From positions 1-64,000 of the forward strand of contig QPMI01000668.1 of NCBI GenBank assembly GCA_004431415.1: a DNA stretch of 64,000 nucleotides. The letters are read 5' to 3'. A program made the position numbers and the translations under genes. Shown one piece after another: positions 47,879 through 59,078 of the stretch (position 1 is its first letter; the number at the start of each line of letters is the position of its first letter). The notes beneath the pieces are model-generated. The model had not been told where the DNA came from and did not search any database. It saw only the letters and a program-made list of their open reading frames with translations. The stretch is from Cyanophora paradoxa CCMP329. Lineage: Eukaryota; Plantae; Glaucophyta.

Positions 47879-50179
47879 GAGCTGAGCAGCTGAGCTGTCT
47901 TTTCAAACAGCTGCAGAGATGTATACGTAAATTTCGCACCTGTGCCGTCGACTCCAGCACGAGCGTGTTCAGCATGTCCAGAACATCCACTGTGCGCGCC
48001 ACACGTTGCAATTGACGAATTAATTCTTAGCCAAAAATGCTATAACTAACTAGCATTTCTGAAGATCTAAGTCCAGGTCTAGATCTAGGGTGCGCGCACC
48101 GCCGGAGGCGTCGGGCCAGGAGGGGAGGTGCAGGGAGAGGAGGCGCAGCGTGGGCACGTGCGCGCCCCCTGAGCCCCGCTCATGGGCCAGCCCCTCGTGA
48201 TCAGTGTCATGACTGGAGCGAAACGGGATAGAGCCATGGGCCAGAGCTATAGCTATATGTGAGGTGCGCACCGGCGATCCAGCGCAGATCATCCTCGTCG
48301 ACGTTCGTGCCGCAGATCTGCAGCCGAGACTACGTATGAGTAGGCTCGCGCTTGCAATTGCTCCGCCGGGAGTGAATGAGCGCTGAGCACCTGCAGCCTG
48401 CGGAGGCCAGCGAAAGCCCCTGGGGGCCAGGCGCCCGGCAGGTGGCAGTCGTGCAGGCACAGGCTCGGGCCCGAGCGCCCGCGCTCCTCCGGCTCCCCGA
48501 GGGGGGCTGCAAAAAACGCCCCCAGTCAAGCTCAGAGCTAGAACATCCTTCGCGAGCTCCGCAAAAGTCACTGCAGATTTGAAAAGTACTCATTGACTTT
48601 TCTTTGCACTTCTTATATATTCGAATTCGAACGCGAAATTAAGCGCACCTGCGAGGATCACAGCGCAGGCCGCCGCGAGACGGTCGGCTGAGTGCATTTA
48701 AATTTAGACTTTGCACAGATAATTCGCGATGAACGTTCAGGTATCGAGGCACTGGCATACCTTCGGCGCCCTCGATATCCGCGAGCTTGATCGAGAGGTG
48801 GGACACCTGAACCCCCTTTTAAACGTCGACGGAGCTCGGATCAGACTCGAGACAGACTTCGAGGCGGGCGTCTAGATCTAATCTTGCATTTAAGTTGCCT
48901 CATTTTGGACGAATGCAAATTAAATTAAAATGCTGGTGGACGCGTACGGCGGCTGCGAGGATGTGTAGGGGCGCGGCCGGCCGGCCGACGGAGTTGAGCT
49001 CGATGCGGCGTACGTAGCGCAGCGAAGGCAGAGCCCGCAGCAGCTCCTGCGCATGCGGGGTCGCGCGATCGGCCCAGCGCTATATATAGGTAGCCGCGGA
49101 CGCGAAAACGATTCGAGCGCGCTAGCCCATCGATTTCTGCTTCGCGATCGACGTCGGATACCTTGGCTTCGGCGGAGGAGTGGAAGACAAGGCCGGCGTA
49201 CAGCGCCCGCAGCCCCGCGTGCACTGGTTTCTGCTCAAAATGAAGGGGACGATTATGAAATAGAAATGAAAGGAAGAATAAACATATATAACGGTCATGA
49301 TCAGCTGCAGCTGTCGATTCATTTTCGCACCGCCACAGCGCGCCTCAGGGATTCGACTCCCTCGAGGGATTCGAGCTCGAGCTCCTGCAGAGCTTGCTCG
49401 ATATCCTCGATTGGATCCGTGACATCCGATACCGATCCTCCAGATTCGGATATCGACCCCGAACTCTCAGACAAAGCACCGACTTCTGAGTCTTGATCGG
49501 TACCGGTCGATTGCGACATCTGTCGAGGGCTCAAGCTTGCAATTGCACAGATTAAAATTGCCCAAGTTGAATGATCATAACGGCAAGCTCTAGCCCCGAG
49601 AAAATGAATTTGAAAAATGGAAGCTGTAAACGCACATGCTCTAAATTCGGGTCTGAATTTCCTTGGTCCGAAACGGCTTCGAGTCTAGAGGGCTCGCCAA
49701 AAGCTTTGAGGACCTGATGATATCCGATGAAGCTCGATGAGCACGAACCTCAAGCTTTCTTCAAATTTTATCTGATAGACTCTCAGGAGTCTATATCTGA
49801 GAAAGAGGCGCACATCTGGGACTATCATGTCGAAGGATCTTGCGCGATGCGCAATACGAAGGCCGCTGAATCTGCTCGCGAATCCGGAGGCATGCGCAGA
49901 CGTCGACGTACGCCCGCACCCGTCAAGATCGCTTGGGCTTCGGCTCCACTCGAGTATTCTGAGATCGCGGAGCTGCGAGACCTCGACGGTCACAAATTCG
50001 AACCCTATTGCTAACTGCGCTGTGCACGCAGATCTAAAATTTATTTAGTTCGAGAAATTGATCCGCATACCTGAGGGGCGTAGGTGGCCAGGCGAAGACG
50101 AGGAGCGAGTTTAGGCCACAAGCTGCCACAAGAGTTTAGGCCGAGTTTAGGTCGACGCCGCGCCAGGCCAGTAATGCAA

Positions 50180-50916
50180 TTAAAGCGCTCGCTCAAAATT
50201 GGGGTCATGGGGTAGGGCGAGGTCGAGCCGGAGAAGGGCCGCGGGCAAAAGCCCCGCGAAAGATGGGTGACCGACGTCGAACGTGCCCCGAGCGGGGCCG
50301 TGAAAGAACGCGAGCGCCAAAGTCAAGTGCTCCATGTCCTTGAAAAGGGGGCCGCTGACCGCCTGTCGCGCCTCCTTCGCGTTGAGCACCCGCTCAGGCC
50401 ACGAGGCGAGAGCCGCCCTCGCTTCGTCACGTCGTCTCATGAGAAACAGCCGCCTGGAATTTTTCGCTGGCATCCGGATCTTCAAATGAGAGGCGCCCGG
50501 GCTTCCGAAGGCCGTGCCCGAGAACAGGGAGTCAGATGTTTGCATGGCCGTTTTTTTCACGACCATCGGGTGCCGGGGGAGCGCCACGAGATCTTGCTCT
50601 AGCTTTGTGATGTGCTGCAGCAGCACTTTCCGCGGGTCACCGTGCTCGACGCTCGCCGCGACCCTGCGAATTCGCAAATTTTCAATATTTTGCGCCCGGC
50701 CGGCGCCGCGGGCCGGCCGCGGGCGTGCGCGGCGCACTGGAGGAAGACGTTTCGCGGCAGCGGGCTTTGCAGTGCAATTGAACGCCAGCGCTTGCACACG
50801 GCGCTGGCGCGTGCACGGTCTTCGGCCGGGAGCGACGAAAGGCTGAGAAAGAGAATCTCATCGGGCAGGGGCACGTCTGGCCATGAAATCGATTCGGGCT
50901 GCGTCTTCAAAGCCAT
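50180..50916 (-). CDS. F-box protein
   Basis: N-terminal LPDEILFLSLSSLPAEDRARASAVCKRWR, followed by intron(s). Confidence 0.75.
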
Positions 50917-51213
50917 GACCGGCGCCGGCGCTGGCAGCGCCGCGTCCGGTCTGCGATTAGATATTCCGAGTTCTGGCGCACTATATAGCTAGAGAGAGAC
51001 TCGAAGCCTAGATCTATATATATGGCTAGAGAAAGAGCTGGGCATATAGCTAGAGATTCACTACAGATATTCAACAATTAAAGAAGCTCAAGCTTAAGCT
51101 AGATCTAGAGGAGATCGATATCGAGCTCGAGGAAAGCTATAGCTAGCTATAGCTATACAGATCTCTAGATCTAGATCTAGATGAGCGCGATCTAGATATA
51201 CAGATCTCAAAAA

Positions 51214-54200
51214 ATGAGCGCGCCGCGCGTCAGCGTCGTCCAGTCGCTCGCCAGGCCCTTCGCAGGACGCGGGGAGCGCTGCGACGTCGTCTCGCGAATC
51301 CCTGAGGTGCGCGAAACTTCGCGAAATTTTGCGCCCGACCGACGCCGGCGGTCGCAGAGCGCGCGCATCGTGCTGATCGGAGAGGCCTCACACGGGACTG
51401 AAGAGTTCTATTCGATTCGCGTGCGCGCATGCAAAATGGCTTGAATTCAAAGTGCGAAAGAACTGACCCTGCATGTGCATCAGGCGGAGATGACGAAGCG
51501 GCTGATTGTCGAGCGCGACTTCAATGCAGTCGCCGTCGAAGCTGATTATCCGGTCATCCAGCGCGTCCAGCGGCGTCTTGCCTCATGCCTTTATACTTTC
51601 GCGCCAGGACGCGGCCAGGGCGAACCGCTACGCGCAGGGGGTCGGGTCCGACAAGAACGCGGAGCAGGCGCTGCGGGACTTCAAGCGGTTCCCGACGTGG
51701 TGGGCTTTAAATCTCGAAATAGATCCGGATCTCCGTTCACTTTCGCGCATTCATTGACGAGATGGCTAGGATGTGGCGGAACCACGTCGTGGCAGATTTT
51801 CTTGTGAGCCCTGCGGCCTTCACTTTATTTCCAGCTGTCGGCTGGGCTCAATTTTGCAACCTTGGAACTCGGCTCACGGTCGCGGGCTCTGTACTTGCAC
51901 ACAGGAGTGGCTACGGGAGCACAACGCGGGGCGGACGGAGGGCCGCGAACCCGTCCGCTTTGTCGGGATGGACCTGTATTCGCTGCAATCGAGGTGCGGC
52001 CGCGGTCTATGTGCCGTCTTCGGAACTCACACCGGTCCTTTTTGGACGTCGACTGAGGTTGATTTCGCAGCGCCGAGGCGGTGATAAACTACCTGAAGAA
52101 GGGTGCCTGAGATTTGATTTGCATATTGCGAAAATCGCGATCTAGCCCGGGCTGTTCGAATTCGAATTTTCGAATTCCGCAAAACTTCACGAGCTTCAAA
52201 TTCATGCGGCCGCAGTTGATCCGGCAGCCGCGCGCGAGGCAAAAGAGCAGTGCGTGAAGGCTGCTGGAGCGTCCTGATGATGCTCGTCTGCAGCTGACCT
52301 CGAGCTCTCTGCCAGCTACGGCTGCTTCGACCGCTTCGAAGGGGACCCCCAGGTACCTTGAAGTTTCCTATTTCGAAATTCGACTCGCGCTCGGCGAGCC
52401 TCGGAGCCTACGCCTCGAACTCGCTTCGGAATTGTTGATCATGAGCTGAACTTGAAGCTGGCGCTCGCGACAGTCCTAATCCTAATTTTAACCGATTCCG
52501 AGTGACACCCGGGCGCATGGGATGCAGGCGTACGGGATGGCGACCGCGTACCGCATTGCCCGCTCCTGCGAGCGCGACGGTGCGCGCGCGGGCGCCGCGG
52601 CAACGAACGTTGCGAGCTCGAGCACGAGCGTCGCGTCGCGCGCTGGAGGCGCTAAATCTAAGGGCGCGTGTGCACCGCGCGCGCGCGCGGGCAGTGCTGG
52701 ACGTGCTGCTGGACCTGCAGCGCCGCTCCATGGACTACGTCCGCTCCGCCCCCGGCGCGCCCGCCCCCGCCCCGACCCCCGCCCCAGGCGCCCCTGATCA
52801 TGAGCATCCCTCTCCCACGCAGAGCGCGAGGGGGGCCGCCGCCTCGCCGAGGACGCCCTCTTCGTGCGCGCCTCCCGCCACGCGTGTTGCGAAATCGAAT
52901 CTGCGCCTCGCTGTCGTGACTACGGCGGCCGCCTGCAGGACGCGGAGATGAACGCCGAGCTCGTCAAGGCGCGCGGGGATACGGCGCCTGCATGCAGCTC
53001 GCCATATGCATGGATGTGCCTCCTCTGAATTTCTGATTCGAGTTCGGGCCCGCGCGCCGCGCAGGATGCCGAGGAGTACTATCGCGTGCAGTTCGGGCGC
53101 GTGGCGCTTCAAATTGCTTGTTCTGCCGCGAAATTGATTTTCCGGTGGTGGTGCAGGGGCCATGTTGAGAGCTGGAACAAACGCGACTGGTGCGGCGGGG
53201 CCCGCTTTACGATTAAATTTGTATGTAATGCCGCACGTGGACTGAACTCTGCGAATTCGGGCCGCGGCGGGGCCCGGGGCGCGCAGGCACATGCGCTCGA
53301 CGGTGCTGCGGCTGGACGAGTTCCTCTCGAAGCGGACGGCGGCCGCGGGGCACGCCCCCCGCATCGTCCTCTGGGCCCACAACTCCCACCTCGGCGGTCC
53401 GTTCGAAATTAGATTCTCGCACCCGTCTCTGGCCTCTCGTTCGGCTTTAATGTTTTCAATTTTGTCTTGCAGATGCCCGTTACACCGACGCATCTCAGCG
53501 AGGTAAATTAACTTCAAAGCTCGCACATACCACGATCATGATCACTTGGTGCACGTGACTGGCCGTGAACGCGCGCGCGCGTGGCAGGGGAGTGGAACGT
53601 GGGGCAGCTGATGCGGGAGGCCTACGGCGAGGAGAACGTCTGTATCGTCGGCGCGCCCCCGGCGATCCCCGATCGCGACCCGCGACTTAAATTTGCCTCA
53701 GCTCGAACTCGCCACGGGCTAACGTCCTGCATTTCCCCCGCAGGCTTCACGACCTACACGGGCACTGTCATGGCCGCCCGTGCGCCCTACGCCTCGGCCC
53801 CGGCTTCAAATTCATTTGATCTCCACGGGTACCGGGGCGCCTGACTTTCTCGGGGGGCAGACGAGTGGGACGACCCGGCGCAGAAGTTACAGGCCCGTCG
53901 ACCGTCGGAGGCTCAACGCGGTGGAGGGATTGATTTAATTTGCTGAGCGTGGGGCGGGCCGGGGCGTGTGCAGGTGCGGCCGGCGATGAAGGAGAGCTGG
54001 GAGGCGGCCCTCCACGACGTCGCCCTCGCCCGCGTGGCCCGCCCCGCCCCGCCCCGCCCCGCCCCGGCCCCCGGGCTCACGCTCGCGCTGGACTCGCGCA
54101 GGGCGGCTCCCCCGACTTCCTCCTCGACTTCCGGTGCGCTTCGGATCTCGCGGGCCGGGGCCCTCCCGCTCGCGCTGAGAGGCCGACGCACTTGGAGCTC

Positions 54201-54829
54201 ACGGCCCCGGGCCGGGGCGGGGGCGCATGTGCAGGGGCGAGCCCGAGCTGATGCACGAGTTCGAGGGCGAGGGGGCCGCCGGTCCGGGGGCGGGGCCCTC
54301 CTCCATCCCCCCGGGCCCCGGCCCGAGCTCGGGGCGGGGGCGGGCGGCCCGCGGGGAGGCCCCGCCCCGCGCCCCCGGCCCCATCGAGAAGCTCGAGCGC
54401 TTCATCGGTCTGCCCAGCCCCACGCCCTAGGCTTGATGCATGAGCCCCGCCCCGCCCCCTTCTCAGCGGCCACGGGGGCGCCGCGCGCAGGGGTGATCTA
54501 CCGGCCGAAGACGGAGCGCTGGTCGCACATGTCCGCCGCCCGCATCGCCCGCCAGGCCCGCGCGCCCTCCTCCCGCCCCCGCCGCCTCGCTCTCGAGTTA
54601 ATTTGAGTTGGCGGCAGTTCGACCTCTGCGTCCACATCGACGAGACAAGCGCCCTGCGGCCCCTCGACCCCCTCTAGATCTGAGCGGGGGACCCTCGGGG
54701 ACGGAGGAGTTCGAACCCTCCTCGAACGTAGAGCGGGGCACCGCGATTCTGGACACTGAATTCGGAGCGCCCACGTTTTTTTTTGCCAAAGCCCATATCA
54801 AGGGCAGGACGATTGTATTAGTTCAGTAA
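51214..54829 (+). CDS. Erythromycin-esterase (Ere/TIKI superfamily) family protein, many introns
   Basis: IVLIGEASHGTEEFY; FNAVAVEADYP; FKRFPTWMWRN; FVGMDLYSL; SWNKRD; IVLWAHNSHLG; WNVGQLMRE; VIYRPKTERWSH; FDLCVHIDET. Confidence 0.9.
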
Positions 54830-56787
54830 CTTTATCGTACGCACTACCGGTTCGAACTAGGCCGAACTCTGGGTCAGAGCATAACCTGAGGCCGGGACAC
54901 AGGGATAGGCGCTTCGACGCTACGGCTGAGCGTTTCTCTTGTAGGGGGAGGCGTGGTAGAGGGCCGTTGTTGTGATTGTAGATGCGGGGGTCGTGGCTCC
55001 GAGGGGGCCTTTGTCGTACGTGGGGAAGCGGGAGTCGTGGCTCCGAGAGGGCCCGTCTTAGCTGGCGGGGGTAGAGGGGTGGGGGGGAGGGGTGGGGGCG
55101 GCGCGGGCGAGGGTAGCGGGCGCGCCCCCTTATTTTTATTGTGCGTGGGGCGCGGGGTATTTTATGAGCCTGGGGGGGCGGGTGGTGGCGGGCGGGGTAG
55201 CCGCCCTAGTGGGATCGTGGGGGGAGGGGCGTGAGGGAGGCATAGGCCGCGGGGCTAGGCTGTCGCTAGCGTTCGGGCCAGGGGGATTTGCTTAAGGGGT
55301 GGGGCGGGCCCGCAGAAGGGCAGGGCTGTGCGCGAGAGCGGGGTAGGGGGTGTCATTGCTTCATGGGGCTTTCTAACTCTGGAAAGGAGGACGGTGGGCG
55401 TTCATAATGCCCCTATCGTCGGCAGTCATGCTACCGCAATTCATGAAGAGAGAGAAAAGAAAGAAAGCTGAGGCCGAAACGGCTAGGAAATCGAGGCCAC
55501 GGGGGCCGAAAGAGAGGGGAGAATCTACACTGCCGCGTTGTCGGCGGCGGCCGCCGATATCGATATCGCAGGAGCCCCTCAAGCTCGCCGACCGTATAGG
55601 AGGCTTGCATCGCGGGGGGGTGTCAAGGGGACCGGTCGCCTCGTGGGAGAGGGGCCGGCGGGCATGAGGGGCGGGCGGCGCGGGGCCTGGCAGCGACCGC
55701 CGGGGACGCACTGTCCGCCGCTCAGCGGCTGGGAAGACTTCGACGGAGCCCGGGGATTCCGGGTCCGATAGTGGGCGAGCGCCATCAGGCTCGGACCCCA
55801 CGAGGGCGGGACCCGGCGAGGCCGGGCCCTGAGGCAGGCGAGCGCCGTCTGGCTCAGACCCCGCGGTGGTAGCTGGGCGAGCGTTTGAGTGCTCATGCGC
55901 CCGGGTATGCGTAGGGGGTCGTCGGCTTGCATGCCGGCCGTCGGCTTGCATGCCGGCGCCAGCGGCGCCAGCAGAGGCGGCGTCGCAGCGGGCGGGGGAG
56001 CAGGGCTCGGGGCTCTGTCCATCGCCGCGTCTTGGGGCGCTTGCTCCGCGTCCCGCCAGAGGCCTGCGAGCGTCGCGCACGCGTCACGGAGAGCCAAGTG
56101 AGCGGGGGGATGCGGCTCCGTGGTTCTTGAGTGTCGTGCTGGCGCGGGCGGCCCCGCGCACGGGCCGCCGGCGCCGGCGTGCTCCGTGGCAGTACGGGGC
56201 CGGCGTCAAAGTTCATAGAGGAGGGGCGCGGGCGGAGGGCGTGAGCGACGGGCGCGGGGAGGGTCCCGCATGATCGGCGGCAGCGGAGCCGGGTGCGTTG
56301 GCAGAGCCGCGCGTCCGACTGCGCGGAGTCGAGTCGACTTGTGCGTCGTGCGCTGTGGACGTGGGCTCAGGCGAGCCGCGCATGCGCGGGTGGCATGCGT
56401 TGGCGGGAAGGCGGGCGGAGCGAGGACGGGAACTTAGACGAGCGTATGTTGGCTCTGGATGTTGTGTGGCGTCTTTCGGGCGCGCTCGGAGCGGCAGGAG
56501 AAGGCGGCGGGGACCGGCCCGTTTAAACACGTTACCGCGGGAGCTGGCGCGAGTTGCGGGGCCACCAGGGGCGCCGCTGCTCTTCTAGATGTATGTGGTG
56601 TCGCTGCGGCTGTCGTTGCCCGCCCGGCTGACCGACTTTGCGCGTTCGGGCTGTGTTGGTCGTAGGGCGTCGGCGCCGCGAGTTTTGGGACCGGCAACGT
56701 GCAGTGCTAACAGGCACCCGCGTTCGGGAAGCCCCACTGCGCCGGCTTACTCGCTCGCGGGCCTTCGCGCAATTTTCCGGGGTACCC
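54777..56787 (-). mobile_element. Non-autonomous non-LTR retroposon (~2.0 kb) with poly(A) tail and 15-bp TSD
   Basis: TSD TCGGAGCGCCCACGT at 54762-54776 and 56788-56802, with a T-run immediately inside the left TSD. No RT or endonuclease motifs seen. Confidence 0.85.
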
Positions 56788-57043
56788 TCGGAGCGCCCAC
56801 GTATACATGTACACGCGGCCCGCAATTGCAACCGCAGCACTCTCCCTCCTGTAAGTAGGCAGCAAATAGCGCTATTCGCATATGAGGAGACTCGATGCAG
56901 GCAGCCAGAGGTAGATCAGATAGATCGGCATTCATCGTAGGAAGTAGAGGTAGATTAGTCTCTCGGCATTCATCGTGTAAATAATCGCACACAGCCTCTC
57001 ACGCGCGCCTGCAGGTCGGAAGGAGCGGGGGCGGGGGCGGGGC

Positions 57044-58601
57044 CTAGTAGTGGGCGTGGGCGGGGGCGAGGGCGGTCTCGAGGGCGGCGTGGAGGGCGGC
57101 CTCGCCCTCGGAGACGGCGAGGCGGCCGGCGAGGGCCGCCACGGGCACCGCGAGCGCCCCCTCGCGCTCCAGGCCCCGCAGCGCCCCCGCGCACCGGTGC
57201 CCGTCCTTCTCCGTCGTCACCAGCAGCGCCGCCCCCGCGGCGGCGGCCCGCGCGGCGAGGGCCGCCAGCTCGCGGGGCGCGAAGGGCCGGTGGTCCCGGT
57301 AGAGGGCCGACCCCACCAGCGCCGCCCCCGCACCCTGCCCCGCGCCCCTCCCATCAGCGGCTGTTTCACGAGGGGGCGAGGGGTGGGGGGGGGGGGGGGG
57401 GTACCCGAGCGGTGGCGAGGAAGGCGGCGGGGCAGCCTACCCCCGCGAAGGCGAAGGCGGGGAGGCCCCGCAGGAGGCCCGCTCCGTCCGGCCCGGGCCC
57501 GGGCCCAGGCCCCGGGGGGGCGGGCAGCGGCGGGAGCGGCGGGCCCGCGAGGTGCCTGAGGCCCTCCGGCTGATCGCGCGTACCCCTCGGTCGGGGTACC
57601 GGCACGGAGGGAGAGAGGGATACGCAGCGCACCTCGAAGCGCGTGCGGACGACGACGGCGCGCGGGTTCCACTCCGCAACCTGTTTCATTCGGGGTCTCG
57701 AGGGGGTACGGGCGGAGGGAGCTCGAGGTAAAGGGGGAGAAGGGGTACAGCAGTTCGATGCGTACCTGTGCTGCGATGCGCTCCACTTCGGGTAGGGGTA
57801 CGAGATCCGAGTGGTGCAGGGCCACGACCTGGGTACGTGAACGGTGAGCGGGGCGGCCTTGGGTGGAGACGTAGGGGGGCCGGGCGCGCGTGGGCGCGGG
57901 CGACGCCGCTCGGGGCGGGCTCGCGGAGGGTGCCGCGGGGGATGAGGCGGCCGCCGCCGAAGGGGTCGAGGCAGGAGAGCATGAGGAGGTCGAGGTCCCG
58001 CTCCAGCTGCCCCCGCGCCCCGCTCCCTCAGGCGACCCGCGGCGCCGGCGCGGTCGGGGGCGGGGGGCCGGAGCGCGGGCGCGCCCGCCAGTGCTGGAGG
58101 CCGTCGTCGAGGACGGCGGCCGCGCGGGGCCGCGGGACGCGCCCGCGCAGCTCGGCCAGAGCGGCGGCGGCGGCGGCGGCGCGGTCGGCCCCCGGCGCGA
58201 CGAGCGCCGCGGTGCCGGCGAGGCGCGCGCGGTGCTGCGGCACCTCGTCCCCGCCGTAGTCCTGCGCACCGCGCCGACCGCTCGGCGCCGCCGCCGGCTG
58301 TGCGTCGGGCAGCGCGCCCGCGCACCCGGAGGAGGACGACGGGCGCGACGCCGCGGGCGAGCGCCTGCCGCGCGATGTACTCCGTCATCGGCGTCTTGCC
58401 CGTCCCTGCAGCCCCCGCCCGGAGGTCGCGGCGGCCCCGACGCGCGCGGCAGGCCCCCGCAACTTCCGACGCACCGCCCCAGGTCACGTTGCCGACAGAG
58501 ATGGTGGGCACAGGCAGCCTTGCACGCCGCAGCAGGCCGCGCTCGTACGCGCCACGGTGCAGCCGCGCGCCGGCCGCGTACAGCAGCTCGAGCACCTCCA
58601 T
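57044..58601 (-). CDS. lpxK: Tetraacyldisaccharide 4'-kinase (lipid A 4'-kinase), multi-exon
   Basis: LPVPTISVGNVTWGG|TGKTP; RGYG..GDE; VLDDGLQH; LIPRGTLREP; YRDH; LVTTEKD. Confidence 0.9.
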
Positions 58602-59078
58602 GCCGCCCCGCCGGCCCCGGCAGCTCGCGCTCTGCTCGGGATGTTCGCCGGCCGAGCTGCAGAACGAATTAGAGCAGACCTGGGAACGAAGCCGGCTGTA
58701 CCCTTGCGGGAAGCCAACAGCCAACCGACCACCTTACGCGTTGCGCAACATAGAGCGCAGCACACCTGCACGCGCATGTACGAAGATGCTTGAGTCCCAG
58801 CGCGATGCCTCCGCGTAAGCTCGGCCCGCGGAGCTGCAGCTGTCAGCCTTCAAGGGCTTGAGCTTTCCAGTTAGCTGGAGCTGTCAGCCCTGCGGTCGTG
58901 CCTGGAGAGGCAGCAAGCGCCATTACACACTTACCAAAACCGCGGCTCTCCCGCAGCTGTCAGTTGCAGCAGCCAGCTGCAGCGCATCGACGTGACGGCG
59001 CGGACGTCAGTTATGCTGCAGCCGCTGACTTGCCGGCGACGCTAAGCTGTGCGTTCACGCGCAAATTTAAAGCACAAC

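Noticed and set aside
48925-50014. Small ORFs 49319-49534(-) and 49727-50014(+)
   Set aside because: They may be real exons, but I could not support a motif or gene model.
54849-54860. B-box-like GTTCGAACC suggesting a tRNA or tRNA-derived SINE head
   Set aside because: There is no cloverleaf or A box, and it lies at the element's 3' end rather than its 5' end.
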